From NCBI GenBank assembly GCA_041576015.1, contig JBFGLT010000001.1, forward strand, positions 5,918 to 69,917: DNA of 64,000 nucleotides, written 5' to 3'. How positions within the stretch are numbered: the first letter of the stretch is position 1; each line of letters starts with the position of its first letter. The notes beneath the pieces are model-generated. The model made no database searches. It was not told where the DNA came from and worked only from the letters and a program-made list of their open reading frames with translations. The stretch is from Acidimicrobiales bacterium. GTDB lineage: Bacteria; Actinomycetota; Acidimicrobiia; Acidimicrobiales; SZUA-35. The translations under genes were made by a program, and so were the position numbers. Shown one piece after another: positions 35,577-45,835 of the stretch.

Positions 35577-37413
35577 CGCCCGACTCCCCCTTGTCGGCTT
35601 CCTCGGTGAGGAACTTGTGGAGCGTCTCGTCCTCGGAGGCCTGCTCACCGCCGGTCATCTGTCGGAGCTCGTCGAGAAACGGATCATCGGGCGGCAGCTC
35701 CTCGAACCGGGCGTCGGGATGGAGAGGCCGGGACGGCTCGTCGGCCGGTGCTGCGGTCCACTCGTCCGGCTCCATCTCCACCGCCGGTGGCTCCGGCGGG
35801 GCCGTCCACATCGATGGTTCGGCGACCGGTGGCGGCGCAGGTGGAGGCGGGGGCTCGTCGACTACTTCGGGGGCGGGCGGGATCGTCGTCTCTCCGACCA
35901 GTGGCGGCGGCGGATCGTCGTGCTCCTCGACTGCGTCCTCGGGAACGGCGGTGTCCCGCAACCGGGACACGCGGCTCGCCAGTCGCGAACGCGCCTGCTC
36001 GGCCAGACCGCTCATTCCGGACCGGCCGGTTGCCTCATCGGGCACCGGCGAGTCGACGTCGATGCCGAGACCGGTCGGATCGGTCACCCGCGAGTCCTCG
36101 CCCAGGTCCGAATACTGAGGGTAGGCGGCCGGATCGGCGGTTTCGGGCACCGAGGCGAAAACCGACTCGGCCGTCGGGCTGGCCGGAATCCCGGCCGGCG
36201 AGGAATCCTCGGCGACGAAACCGGCGGTGGCGAACGGGTCGGATTCGACAACTTCGGGCCGATCCTCGAACGGCGCGGCCCCGGTGCCGAATGGCTCGCT
36301 CGGCGCCTCGACGGGCTCTGTCTCGGTCCCGAACTCCTCGCTCGGTGCCGCAAATGGCTCGGTCCCGACGGCCCACGATTCGCCGGCCTCGCCGGCGGTG
36401 CCGGCATCGGTGTCGTCCTCGGCGACCGGCTCGCCGACATCGTCGTCGTCGGGATCCGCCGGTTGTTCGTCGCCGGTCCCGGCGAGACGGCCCTCGACGT
36501 CGTCCCACGGGCTCTCCTCGACGGGAGCAACGTCGTCAGCATCGCCATCGAGCGCCTCGCCGTAGTCCAACGCTTGCTGCTGGGCGGCCGCCACCTCGGT
36601 CTCCAGTGCCCCGATCGAGTGGCTGGTCACCTCCAGCTCGGTGAGGTCCTCGATGATGCCGATGTCGGCCGGATCCGGGGTTTCGGCCTCGGCCAGCCGG
36701 TCGGGGTCGTCGAGCACCGAGCTGATCTCCGCCAGCGCCGTTCGGACCCCCCGGCGCCGTTCGGTCAGATAGCTCTCGAAACGGGATACGTCGGCCGCCA
36801 GGTCGTCACGGGCGCGTTCTAGCTCGGCGATCTCAGCGAGGAGCTCGTCTCGTTTGGCACCCTGGTCGGCGACGAGCTCGTCCTCGATCGCCTGCTTCCG
36901 GGATTCGGCGTGTTCGAGCGCATCGGCGAGCAATTGCGCTCGCTCGGCTTCGGCGTCGGCCAGCATTTGTTCGCGTTGGGCATGGGCCTCCGCTTTGAGC
37001 TCCTTTGCCTCGGCTCGGGCGCCGGCCATGATCGAGTCGGCCTTGGCGGTCGACTCCCGCCTCAAGGACTCGGCGTTCGCCTCGGCATCGCGCACCGTCT
37101 GGTCGGCGGTCCGTTGCGCCAGCAGGAGCGTGTTCCGCAACGTTTCGTCGAAGTTGTCGTCCGGAATTGCGGCCTGGTCACCGCTCGGTGGCCGCTCCTC
37201 TTCTTCGAGCTGGTGAATCCGCTCATTGGCCGTCGACAGACGCTCATTGGCGTCGTCGAGCTGGTACTGGAGCGACTCGATCTCGTCGGCGAGCGGAGCA
37301 AGCGTCTCGAGTACACGGTCGACTTGTGACTTGGAGTACCCTCGCATCTCCTCATCGAATCGCACCGACGGGATCCGGCGGAGCAGACGGAGCTTGTCGC
37401 TACCTACGGTCAT
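35554..37413 (-). CDS. divIVA: DivIVA-domain protein (Wag31-like) with long acidic/Pro-rich C-terminal region
   Basis: N-terminal VRFDEEMRGYSKSQVDRVLETL (DivIVA domain), about 200 aa of coiled-coil, then about 330 aa of low-complexity D/E/P/A-rich sequence ending GGWFGRRR. Confidence 0.85.
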   Translation of the reverse strand: MTVGSDKLRLLRRIPSVRFDEEMRGYSKSQVDRVLETLAPLADEIESLQYQLDDANERLSTANERIHQLEEEERPPSGDQAAIPDDNFDETLRNTLLLAQRTADQTVRDAEANAESLRRESTAKADSIMAGARAEAKELKAEAHAQREQMLADAEAERAQLLADALEHAESRKQAIEDELVADQGAKRDELLAEIAELERARDDLAADVSRFESYLTERRRGVRTALAEISSVLDDPDRLAEAETPDPADIGIIEDLTELEVTSHSIGALETEVAAAQQQALDYGEALDGDADDVAPVEESPWDDVEGRLAGTGDEQPADPDDDDVGEPVAEDDTDAGTAGEAGESWAVGTEPFAAPSEEFGTETEPVEAPSEPFGTGAAPFEDRPEVVESDPFATAGFVAEDSSPAGIPASPTAESVFASVPETADPAAYPQYSDLGEDSRVTDPTGLGIDVDSPVPDEATGRSGMSGLAEQARSRLASRVSRLRDTAVPEDAVEEHDDPPPPLVGETTIPPAPEVVDEPPPPPAPPPVAEPSMWTAPPEPPAVEMEPDEWTAAPADEPSRPLHPDARFEELPPDDPFLDELRQMTGGEQASEDETLHKFLTEEADKGESGGWFGRRR

Positions 37414-37493
37414 GGCTCAAGCCTAGTGCCTCCGCCGGCGCCGGTCGGGTTGGATTGCCCACGATCTGAGCGCCCGGTGAACCGCCGCGACGG

Positions 37494-37757
37494 TCAGATC
37501 GAACAGACGATCTGCACCACGATCGCCAGGATCAAGAACATCGCCAGCTCGGCGACACCGAAGCCGGCCATCGCTCCGGGAAGCGGCGGCAGTGCGCGGC
37601 GCAACGGAAGCAGAGCCGGTTCGGTGACACTGAAGGCCATCTCGCGTACCTGCATCATCGGCCCGCCGGTGCGGGCGGGGAACCAGGACAGCGCGATGCG
37701 AACGAAGAAAGCGAACTGGAACGCCAATACGGCGAAACACAAGATGTCGGCAACCAT
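37494..37757 (-). CDS. yggT: YggT-family membrane protein
   Basis: 87 aa with two TM segments; IALSWFP and EPALLPLRR motifs. Canonical position between sepF and divIVA. Confidence 0.85.
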   Translation of the reverse strand: MVADILCFAVLAFQFAFFVRIALSWFPARTGGPMMQVREMAFSVTEPALLPLRRALPPLPGAMAGFGVAELAMFLILAIVVQIVCSI

Positions 37758-38512
37758 CAGCGGTTGAACCCGCGCTCGTGCATCCGGCGGAGGTCCTCGG
37801 GGCTGACGTCCACACCGTTCGGCGTCAGCAGGTAGACGTTGGCGGCCAGACGCTCCATTCCGCCGGAGAGGACATAGCAGACGCCACTGGCGAAGTCGAT
37901 CAACCGGCGGGCGACCGGCTTGTCCACCGCCGACAGGTTCATCACGACCGGCGAGCCGGCGCGGAAATCATCGGCGAGCCGGCTGGCCTCGTCGAATGAG
38001 CTCGGGATGTGGAGTCGGGGTTTGGCGTGCGTGACCACGTTGGATTGGAGCTCCTGGGGAGGACGGGACGGGGACGCTGCCAGCGGGCGGGCCGATTGAG
38101 CGGCTCCCGAGTCGGCACCCTCGATCGTCGCGGTGGACGGCGGAGCGTCGAAGACGGTCATCCGCTCGTCGTGGGCAAGCGGTTCGTCGGCGGGAGGTTC
38201 CGCCCGCCGGACCGTGCTCCGCCGGTCGATCGCTGGGTCCGGATCGGAGTCGGCAACCGGCACCGCACGAAGCGGCCGCACGGCGCCGACTCCACCGACC
38301 TCGGGGGCATCTCCCTCCACGGCGAACCCGAACGACTGGGACGGGGCGACCCCTTCGAGACGTTCTCCGACGGCGATCGTGTGACTCCGGCGACTCGCCT
38401 TGGACCGGCGATCGGGCTCCTCGGCGTCCTCGTCGTAATACGTCTCGTCGTCGTAGACCTGATCGTCGTCGTCCAGACCGAGAAACGCCATGACGTTGCG
38501 GAACACAGCCAT
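37757..38512 (-). CDS. sepF: Cell division protein SepF
   Basis: N-terminal MAVFRNVMAFLGL (membrane-targeting helix), a disordered linker, and a C-terminal SepF domain (RLADDFRAGSPVVMNLSAVDKPVARRLIDFASGVCYVLSGGMERLAANVYLLTP). Confidence 0.9.
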   Translation of the reverse strand: MAVFRNVMAFLGLDDDDQVYDDETYYDEDAEEPDRRSKASRRSHTIAVGERLEGVAPSQSFGFAVEGDAPEVGGVGAVRPLRAVPVADSDPDPAIDRRSTVRRAEPPADEPLAHDERMTVFDAPPSTATIEGADSGAAQSARPLAASPSRPPQELQSNVVTHAKPRLHIPSSFDEASRLADDFRAGSPVVMNLSAVDKPVARRLIDFASGVCYVLSGGMERLAANVYLLTPNGVDVSPEDLRRMHERGFNR

Positions 38513-38658
38513 CGACGATCCTTTCGAAGAGGCAACGGCTGTCCATCACCGTAGCCTCTTCCCGCCCCCGAAAGGCGCACATGCACGTTGGAGCGTGGCT
38601 GAATCATCCGGAGCGTGGCCGAAGCGACCGACCGGCACCGACCCCTCGTGCCGTCCGG

Positions 38659-39372
38659 TCAGTCGGGACGGGGCCCGAAGATCAACGACCCGATGCGGAC
38701 GATGGTGGCGCCCTCGTCCACCGCCACCTCGAAATCGCCCGACATGCCCATCGAGCAGTCGTCCAGTCCCAGCCCGTCGGCCAAGCGGCGGCACAGCGCG
38801 AACGCCGGCCGGGGATCCCGCGAGGGGTCGGTCGGGCCCATCGTCATCAGCCCCCGCACGACGAGTCCCAGCTCCCCGGCAGCGTTCACCAACCTGTCAA
38901 GACCGGCCGGATCGACGCCGGACTTCGACGCCTCGCCGGTCGTGTTGACCTGCACGAGCACGGCGGCTCCCGGCTCCCTTCGAGCCAGCTCACCGGCGAG
39001 GGACACTCGGTCGACGGTGTGCCAGAGCGCAACGCGGCCTACGAGCTTCTTCACCTTGTTCCGCTGAACCGGTCCGATCATGTGCCACCGGGGCGGGTCG
39101 ATGTCGGTTCCGGTCAGCAGTTCGTCGACCGCCTCCGCCTTGGCGAGCAACTCTTGCCCGTAGTTCTCGCCGAGCTCCCGGCAACCGGCCATAACGGCAG
39201 CCGCCGCCACCTCCGGGGGGAATCGCTTGGTCACCGCTACGATCTGCACGTCCTGGTCGGGTTGGCGGCGAGCTTCGATCCGGTCGGCGATACCGGCCAG
39301 CGCGGCTGCGATGGCGCCGGCCCGTCCGCTGATCCCGCTGTCGACCAGCTGTTGATCGGTTCCCTCAACCAC
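38659..39372 (-). CDS. yggS: YggS-family pyridoxal-phosphate homeostasis protein
   Basis: GTG at 39372 overlaps the pgeF stop (GTGGTTGA). IVAVTKRFP (PLP Lys), WHMIGPVQRNK, MGMSGDFEVAV and IVRIGSLIFG. Confidence 0.85.
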   Translation of the reverse strand: MVEGTDQQLVDSGISGRAGAIAAALAGIADRIEARRQPDQDVQIVAVTKRFPPEVAAAAVMAGCRELGENYGQELLAKAEAVDELLTGTDIDPPRWHMIGPVQRNKVKKLVGRVALWHTVDRVSLAGELARREPGAAVLVQVNTTGEASKSGVDPAGLDRLVNAAGELGLVVRGLMTMGPTDPSRDPRPAFALCRRLADGLGLDDCSMGMSGDFEVAVDEGATIVRIGSLIFGPRPD

Positions 39373-40063
39373 GTTCGACCAGCCTAGCGACGGTGACGAG
39401 GCGCTGGCCGTCGGCTCGAACTCGGTGGCTGAAGTAGCGAGGATCGGCGGTGCTCGGCGGCCGCTCCGGCGGGATGAACCCGGCCCGCTCCACGGCCACC
39501 CGGACTCCGGCGAACAGATCGAGAGCCGGTCGGCCGTCGACGGTTTCGGACAGCACCACGGAGCCGTATCGCTCGACGACCAGGGCGAGTTCCGGCTGGG
39601 CGAACTCGTAGTGTTCGGGGCCGATGCACGGGCTGCACACGCTGGTGCGGTGCGGAAGGGGCCGTCCGGCCAGCTGGTCCAGGAGCGCAGCAGCCGCCTC
39701 GACCACGCCGGCCACCAGGCCCCGCCAGCCGGCATGGACCACGGCCAAACCGGCACGGTGTTCGCCGTCGGTGGCCACGAGGACCACCCCTGCGCAGTCG
39801 GCGGTCGTCACACCGATCGGAGCATCGAGGCAGAGCGTCGCACCGGCATCGGCTGCGCCACCGGCGTGGGCGCCGGGCCGGTCGACCGGCACCGCAACGG
39901 CACCGTGCTGTAGTCGCAACCAGGTCCACGGGGCGTCGACGAGGGCTCGCCGGCGACGGTCGACTTCAGCAGCGGACACGGCGAAGTCACCGTCCCGAGC
40001 TTCGGTTGAGATGATCTCGACCCCGACGGCCGGGGTCAGTTGGCGACGGATGGTGCTGGCCAT
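39365..40063 (-). CDS. pgeF: YfiH/PgeF-family (laccase-domain) peptidoglycan editing factor
   Basis: GVTTADCAGVVL and VHAGWRGLVAG motifs. Canonical position downstream of ftsZ. Confidence 0.85.
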   Translation of the reverse strand: MASTIRRQLTPAVGVEIISTEARDGDFAVSAAEVDRRRRALVDAPWTWLRLQHGAVAVPVDRPGAHAGGAADAGATLCLDAPIGVTTADCAGVVLVATDGEHRAGLAVVHAGWRGLVAGVVEAAAALLDQLAGRPLPHRTSVCSPCIGPEHYEFAQPELALVVERYGSVVLSETVDGRPALDLFAGVRVAVERAGFIPPERPPSTADPRYFSHRVRADGQRLVTVARLVERG

Positions 40064-40085
40064 GCGACGCCGGCCGGTGCAGGAT

Positions 40086-41243
40086 TTACTTCAGGAACGA
40101 CGGCACGTCGAAGTCGTCATCCAGGTCGTCGTCGTCGCTGGCGAACACGTCGATGGCCTGCCGGGTTCCACTGGAGACCGGAGCCTGGTCCTCCAGGAAG
40201 GCGTCGTAGCTCCGTCCGGCCGAGGAGGAACTGGCCCGTCCGGCCCCACCACCGGGGGGCGGGGTGTAGACCGACGTGCGCTCGGGGCTCGGCTCACCGT
40301 CCCACCGATCGAAACCGGCTGCGATGACCGTGACCCGGATCTCCTCGCCCATGCTCTCGTCGACCACGGTGCCGAAGATGATGTTGGCCTCGGGGTGAGC
40401 CACGTCGTGAATGATCTCGGCGGCTTCGTTGACCTCGAACAGGCCGAGCTCGCTGCTGCCGGCGATCGACAACAGAATGCCGCGGGCTCCTTCGATGGAG
40501 GCCTCCAGCAGCGGGCTGGCGATTGCCGATCGAGCTGCCGACAGCGCCCGGCCTTCTCCTGCGGCCTGGCCGATGCCCATGAGAGCCGACCCGGCATCGG
40601 ACATGATCATTCGCACGTCGGCGAAGTCGGTGTTGATCAGACCGGGGGTGGTGATCAGATCGGTGATGCCCGAGACCCCCGACAGCAGGATCTCGTCGGC
40701 CATCTTGAAGGCGTCGATCATCGTGGTCCGCTCGTCGGCGATCGACAAGAGCCGGTCGTTGGGGATCACGATCTGGGTGTCGACTTTTTCCTTCAGCCGG
40801 GAGATCCCGTTCTCGGCCACCATGGCCCGCCGGCGCCCTTCGAAACCAAAGGGCCGGGTGACGACGGCGATGGTGAGCGCTCCCTGGGTCTTGGCGATCT
40901 CGGCGATCACCGGCGCCGCACCGGTGCCGGTGCCGCCGCCCTCGCCGACGGTGATGAACACCATGTCGCCACCTTCGAGCGCAGCAGCGATCTCCTCCCG
41001 GTGCTCCTCGGCGGCCTGCTGGCCGATCGCGGGGTCCGACCCGGCGCCGAGCCCACGGGTGAGCTCGCGACCGATGTGGATCTTGGTCTCGGCATCGTTC
41101 ATCAGCAAGGATTGGGCGTCGGTGTTCACCGAGATGAACTCCACACCACGCATGCCGGCGTCGATCATTCGGTTGACGGCATTGCAGCCACCGCCGCCGA
41201 TGCCGAGGACTTTGATGACCGCCACGTAGTTCTGGGTGTTCAT
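40086..41243 (-). CDS. ftsZ: Cell division GTPase FtsZ
   Basis: [30 protein letters not shown] (tubulin signature) and a C-terminal [15 protein letters not shown] peptide. Confidence 0.98.
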   Translation of the reverse strand: MNTQNYVAVIKVLGIGGGGCNAVNRMIDAGMRGVEFISVNTDAQSLLMNDAETKIHIGRELTRGLGAGSDPAIGQQAAEEHREEIAAALEGGDMVFITVGEGGGTGTGAAPVIAEIAKTQGALTIAVVTRPFGFEGRRRAMVAENGISRLKEKVDTQIVIPNDRLLSIADERTTMIDAFKMADEILLSGVSGITDLITTPGLINTDFADVRMIMSDAGSALMGIGQAAGEGRALSAARSAIASPLLEASIEGARGILLSIAGSSELGLFEVNEAAEIIHDVAHPEANIIFGTVVDESMGEEIRVTVIAAGFDRWDGEPSPERTSVYTPPPGGGAGRASSSSAGRSYDAFLEDQAPVSSGTRQAIDVFASDDDDLDDDFDVPSFLK

Positions 41244-41351
41244 TCCGATGCCGATCCTTGTTTGCTGGGTGCTGGGCGGCTCACAGGGTGTAACGCTAGT
41301 GCGTACGACCGCGTTTCGCGGTGCTGGGCCCGGATGGACAGCCCGTAGAGA

Positions 41352-42335
41352 TTACGAACACTTTGTCAGATCGGCAAGTCCGTCCCGCGGATTACCGTTT
41401 TCTCCAATTCGTGACACGGCCGGGGCGGACGGGACGGTCAGATCGATTTCGTGAACGCATCGCAGATCGACCGACAGGAGCAGTGTCTCCAGAGAGATGA
41501 CCTTGGCCTCGAGCTCTTCATCCTGACCCAGAACGGCCCGTCCACCGTCGATCAGCCCGAGGGCCAGTTCGTCCCCCGTGACGATCACCTCGCTCACGGC
41601 CGCCCGCACCGGCGGGGTGATCTGGGCCATGAGGCGCAACACCGACGTCGACCCCGGCGGCGCCGGATCACCGGGCCGCCCGGTCGCCTGGAGCCCGATG
41701 ACCGGGAGGAAGCCGTCCGGGGGCTCCGCGGTCACCCGGACCTGACGGCCGTCGTCGTCGACGAGCACGTACCCGTCGGCTGTCTTCAGCGCCATTGTCG
41801 GCTCCCGTTCGGTCACGACGATCGTCACCGTTCCGTCGAGCTGCCGTCCGACGGTGGCCGCCCGCACCTCGGGGATCTGCTCGACCCGGGCGGCGACCGC
41901 TTCCACCTCGAGGTCCAGGATCGGGCTCCCCATCGGAATGGCGGCAGCGGCGACGACGTCGGCGACGCCCACATCCGAGACACCCGTGACCTCGACGCGG
42001 TCGATGTCGAGCAGCGGCGAGCGGATGAGCGCCAAGCCGGCCGTGCTGGCGACGGTGATGGCGACCAGCACGATGATCACGCTACGCCGGCGCTCGCGCC
42101 GCTGGGCCCGCACCGCTGCTGATCGCGCCGTGAGATTCCGCGCCGGTACGTTGGCCCCACCCGGGGCGCCCGCCCGGCGACGGGAGCGAGCGGGTTGCAC
42201 TCGTGTCCGGGGCGGTGCGGAGCGCCTCGTCTCGCGCCGTGGTTTCCGGTCGCCGGCTGCCGTTTTGCGCGTCGCGGCGGATCGCTTGCCGGCTGGCTGC
42301 TTCGGGGCGGGACGCGTTCCGGTCTTCGCCGGCAT
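41352..42335 (-). CDS. ftsQ: Cell division protein FtsQ/DivIB with Arg-rich N-terminal tail
   Basis: A basic tail of about 95 aa, a TM segment (SVIIVLVAITVASTAGLALI), POTRA (IDRVEVTGVS) and the FtsQ domain. Confidence 0.85.
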   Translation of the reverse strand: MPAKTGTRPAPKQPAGKRSAATRKTAAGDRKPRRETRRSAPPRTRVQPARSRRRAGAPGGANVPARNLTARSAAVRAQRRERRRSVIIVLVAITVASTAGLALIRSPLLDIDRVEVTGVSDVGVADVVAAAAIPMGSPILDLEVEAVAARVEQIPEVRAATVGRQLDGTVTIVVTEREPTMALKTADGYVLVDDDGRQVRVTAEPPDGFLPVIGLQATGRPGDPAPPGSTSVLRLMAQITPPVRAAVSEVIVTGDELALGLIDGGRAVLGQDEELEAKVISLETLLLSVDLRCVHEIDLTVPSAPAVSRIGENGNPRDGLADLTKCS

Positions 42336-43264
42336 CAGCGGACCTCCCGATCGAATCCGACCAGTTCGTTCTCGGTCTCCAGTTCGACACCGAAGCGCTG
42401 CCGCACACGCTCCCTCACCGCTTCGACCACCGCCAGCACGTCCTCCGCCGACCCGCCCGGGTCGGCCTGGATGAAGTTGGCGTGTTTGTCAGAAACCTGG
42501 GCGGTTCCGATCCGGAAACCCTTGAGACCGGCTGCGTCGATGAGCCGGCCCGCCGAGTCGCCGGTCGGGTTGGTGAACACCGATCCGGCGTTCTGTCCGC
42601 CGGGCTGATGGGCGCGTCGCCACTGCACGATCCGGCGGAGCATCTCCTCGCCGTCGGCAGCCGAGCGCTGGCTCAACCTCAGCTCCGCCCACAGCACGAC
42701 GTCGTCACCGCTGAGATTGCTCGCACGGTAGGCGAAGCCCAACCGGTCCGGTGTCCACTCCCGAGGACCGCCGCTCCGCAAGTTGAACACCGAGACCCGG
42801 GTCAGGGCGGCCGCCATGTCGCTGCCGTGCCCGCCGGCGTTCATCCGCACCGCGCCACCGACCGTGCCCGGCACGCCGACGGCCCATTCGAAGCCGCCGA
42901 TCCCCTGCCGGGTGAGTTGCCGGGCGACGCGCGGCAGCATCGCCGCCCCACCGACGGTCACGTACACGCCGTCGTTCCCCTGGCGAATCTCGGTCGACGT
43001 GAAGGCCGGACCCAACCGGACGACGACTCCGGGAAATCCCCGATCGCTGACCAGGAGGTTCGATCCTGCGCCGACGACCAGGAATCTTACGTCGGCCGGC
43101 ACGACCCGGCGGATGACCTCGAGGTCGGCGACGCTGTCGACGTCGACGATCGCACGCGCCCGACCCCCGACCCGGTAGGTGCAGAGTGCAGCGACCGATC
43201 CGTCGGCCCGTACACGGCCGGCGAGCGCCGCTTCGAGCTCGGCGACCAGTGGGTCATCGTGCAT
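42335..43264 (-). CDS. murB: UDP-N-acetylenolpyruvoylglucosamine reductase
   Basis: ATG at 43264 overlaps the murC 3' end. YRVGGRA, VVGAGSNLLVSD, GGHGSD and NAGSVFTNP motifs. Confidence 0.9.
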   Translation of the reverse strand: MHDDPLVAELEAALAGRVRADGSVAALCTYRVGGRARAIVDVDSVADLEVIRRVVPADVRFLVVGAGSNLLVSDRGFPGVVVRLGPAFTSTEIRQGNDGVYVTVGGAAMLPRVARQLTRQGIGGFEWAVGVPGTVGGAVRMNAGGHGSDMAAALTRVSVFNLRSGGPREWTPDRLGFAYRASNLSGDDVVLWAELRLSQRSAADGEEMLRRIVQWRRAHQPGGQNAGSVFTNPTGDSAGRLIDAAGLKGFRIGTAQVSDKHANFIQADPGGSAEDVLAVVEAVRERVRQRFGVELETENELVGFDREVR

Positions 43265-44687
43265 CGATCGCCTCTCGGTCGAGAACCCGTGCGATCTCAG
43301 CGAGGACCGCATCGGCGACACCGGGCAGGTCACCGGCGCTGAGCAGCAGACACGTGTCACCCGGGCTGACCAGCGGAGCAACTGCGGCGGCGACCTCGGC
43401 GGGCTCACCCACCCGGCGAACAGGAACTTTCGGTGCCCTGCGGCGGAGGTCGTCGACGATCGCGTCGGACGACACATCCATTCTCGGCTGCTCGCCGGAC
43501 GCGTAGATGTCGGTGACCACGACCGCGTCGGCCAGTTGGAGCGCACCGGCGAACGTCGGCCACAGCGTCGCGGTCCGGGAGTACCGGTGCGGCTGAAACA
43601 CGACGACCACCCGCCCCTCGCTTCGATCCCGGGCGGCGGAGATCGCCGCTCGGATCTCCCCGGCGAGGTGGGCGTAGTCGTCGATCACGGTCACCCCGGC
43701 TGCCGATCCCCGGTCCTCGAACCGCCGGCCCACGCCGGCGAAGTCGGCTGCGCCGGCGAGACCGTCCTCTACGGAATACCCCAGCGCCACCAACACCCCG
43801 AACGCGGCGGTCATGTTGAGGGCGTTGTGCCGTCCGGGCGGGCCGATCCGCAGGTCGTGGTGGGCGCCTCGATGTTGCAGCCGCGACTGCGCCGGCGCAT
43901 AGGCGAGGCGGAGGTCGGCCGATTCCATTTCACCGTACGTGACCACGTCGCAGCTGCGTTGGGCCGGGCCGGCGAGGAGCTCCCGGACCCCTCGATCATC
44001 GATGCAGGCGACGACCGCCTCCAGCTCGGGGGCTGACACGAACGTTGCGAACGCCTCCCGCAACCCGTCTTCTCCACCGTAGAAGTCCAGGTGATCGGGC
44101 TCGATGTTGGTCACCACGCCGATGTCGGTGTCCAGTTCGACGAATGTGCCATCGCTCTCGTCGGCCTCGACGACGAGCACCCCGTCGGGATCGCCGAGGA
44201 GCGCTCCGGGGACGATGTGCTCGACGCCGAGGATTCGTCCGCCGATGACGGTGGTGACGGGGACCCCGGCCGCCACCAGGACGGCGGCCGTCATCGACGC
44301 CGTCGTCGTCTTGCCGTGGGTTCCGGCCACCGAGACGGTCCGAAAGGCGCGGGTGATGGCCGCCAGTGCCTCCGCCCGACGGTGCACGGGCCGGCCGGCA
44401 CCGAGGGCAGCCGACACCTCGGGATGTGAGTCGGGGATCGCCGTCGATCTCACGAGCGCCGCATCGGCGGGTACGGCTCGGTAGTCTGCGCCCACGGTGA
44501 CCGCGACGCCGAGTTCAGCGAGGCGTTGCAGCGTCTCGGAGGGGCGCTGATCCGACCCGCTGACCGGCACGCCGAGATGGGCCAGCACAGCGGCGATCGG
44601 GGCCATCCCTGCCCCGCCGCAACCGATGACATGGATCGGTCGGGAGCCGAGGTCGATGGTGGACGGGACCGTGCTCATGGCGATCAC
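43254..44687 (-). CDS. murC: UDP-N-acetylmuramate--L-alanine ligase
   Basis: IHVIGCGGAGMAPIAAVL, VAGTHGKTTTASM and DDYAHLAGEI. Confidence 0.95.
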   Translation of the reverse strand: MIAMSTVPSTIDLGSRPIHVIGCGGAGMAPIAAVLAHLGVPVSGSDQRPSETLQRLAELGVAVTVGADYRAVPADAALVRSTAIPDSHPEVSAALGAGRPVHRRAEALAAITRAFRTVSVAGTHGKTTTASMTAAVLVAAGVPVTTVIGGRILGVEHIVPGALLGDPDGVLVVEADESDGTFVELDTDIGVVTNIEPDHLDFYGGEDGLREAFATFVSAPELEAVVACIDDRGVRELLAGPAQRSCDVVTYGEMESADLRLAYAPAQSRLQHRGAHHDLRIGPPGRHNALNMTAAFGVLVALGYSVEDGLAGAADFAGVGRRFEDRGSAAGVTVIDDYAHLAGEIRAAISAARDRSEGRVVVVFQPHRYSRTATLWPTFAGALQLADAVVVTDIYASGEQPRMDVSSDAIVDDLRRRAPKVPVRRVGEPAEVAAAVAPLVSPGDTCLLLSAGDLPGVADAVLAEIARVLDREAIDAR

Positions 44688-45835
44688 GAGTGTTGCAGAT
44701 GACGGAGCACCATCTGCGCCACCTTGCCGGCGGCGGCGGCGTGATCGACCGCCGGCACGGCCGAGCGCATCCGAGCTCTCGTGCCGGGGTCGAGCAGCGA
44801 TTCGACGGTGGTGGCCAGAGCCGCGCCCGACAGTGATGCATCGTCCATCACGACCGCCAGTCCCTGCGCGACGAGCTCCTCGGCGTTGGTCCGCTGGTGG
44901 TCCCGTGGGGCTCCGGGCAGGGGCACGATGATCGCCGGCAGACCGGCGACGCTCAGTTCGGCCACGGTGCTTGCTCCCCCGCGGGTGACGGCGAGATCGG
45001 CGGCCAGCAACAGCGTAAGCATGTCGTCTTCATACGGGACGGTGCGATAGACGAGCGACCCGTCGACATCGAGGGGAGCCAGCGCGGCGGCGTTGCGCCG
45101 GCCGACCACGTGATGGAGCACGAGGTCCTCGCGATCGATCCACAGGCGGGCCAGTTCCCGCACGGCCCGGTTGATCCGGTCGGCACCCAGCGATCCGGCC
45201 CACACCGCCACCAGGAGCTGGCCGTCCCTCACCCCGAGCTCGGCGCGTGCGCGCCGCCGTTGAGTTCCGCTTCGATCGGTGAGACCCTCGGCGACCACCC
45301 GGCGGATCGGATTCCCCGTGAGGACGCCGCCACGAGGCAGATCGGTAGACGGGAAGGGCAGGGCTCGGTCGGCGGCGAAGCGCGCGACGAAGCGATTCAC
45401 GGCGCTCGCTCGAGAGTTCTGCTCGGTCACGACCACTGGAACCCCCAGGAGCCGCGCTCCCACAGCCGGCGCGAACGCCGCGAACCCACCGAGGCAGACG
45501 ACCACTTCGGGATTCCGGCGCCGGAGGAGGGGGATCGCCGCACCCATCCCGCCGGCGAGCTCGATGACGCTCTTCACCGCAGCGAGCCCGACGCGGCGCG
45601 GAACGCCGCGTCCGGGCAGGACGTCGAGATCGAATCCGGCCGCCGGGACCAGGGTCGCCTCGTTGCCGCGGCGGGAGCCCACGAAGCCAATGTCGCTGCG
45701 GTCGATGCCGGCCTCGACCAGCGCTTCGGCGATGGCGATCCCCGGATTGGTGTGGCCGGCGGTCCCTCCGCCGACGATCAGGACACGACGACGGATCGCG
45801 CGCCGGTCGTCTCGCCCGCCGTCAGCGCCGGCCAC
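44684..45835 (-). CDS. murG: Undecaprenyldiphospho-muramoylpentapeptide beta-N-acetylglucosaminyltransferase
   Basis: VLIVGGGTAGHTNPGIAIAEAL and GGASTVAELSVAGLPAIIVP. Confidence 0.95.
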   Translation of the reverse strand: MAGADGGRDDRRAIRRRVLIVGGGTAGHTNPGIAIAEALVEAGIDRSDIGFVGSRRGNEATLVPAAGFDLDVLPGRGVPRRVGLAAVKSVIELAGGMGAAIPLLRRRNPEVVVCLGGFAAFAPAVGARLLGVPVVVTEQNSRASAVNRFVARFAADRALPFPSTDLPRGGVLTGNPIRRVVAEGLTDRSGTQRRRARAELGVRDGQLLVAVWAGSLGADRINRAVRELARLWIDREDLVLHHVVGRRNAAALAPLDVDGSLVYRTVPYEDDMLTLLLAADLAVTRGGASTVAELSVAGLPAIIVPLPGAPRDHQRTNAEELVAQGLAVVMDDASLSGAALATTVESLLDPGTRARMRSAVPAVDHAAAAGKVAQMVLRHLQHS

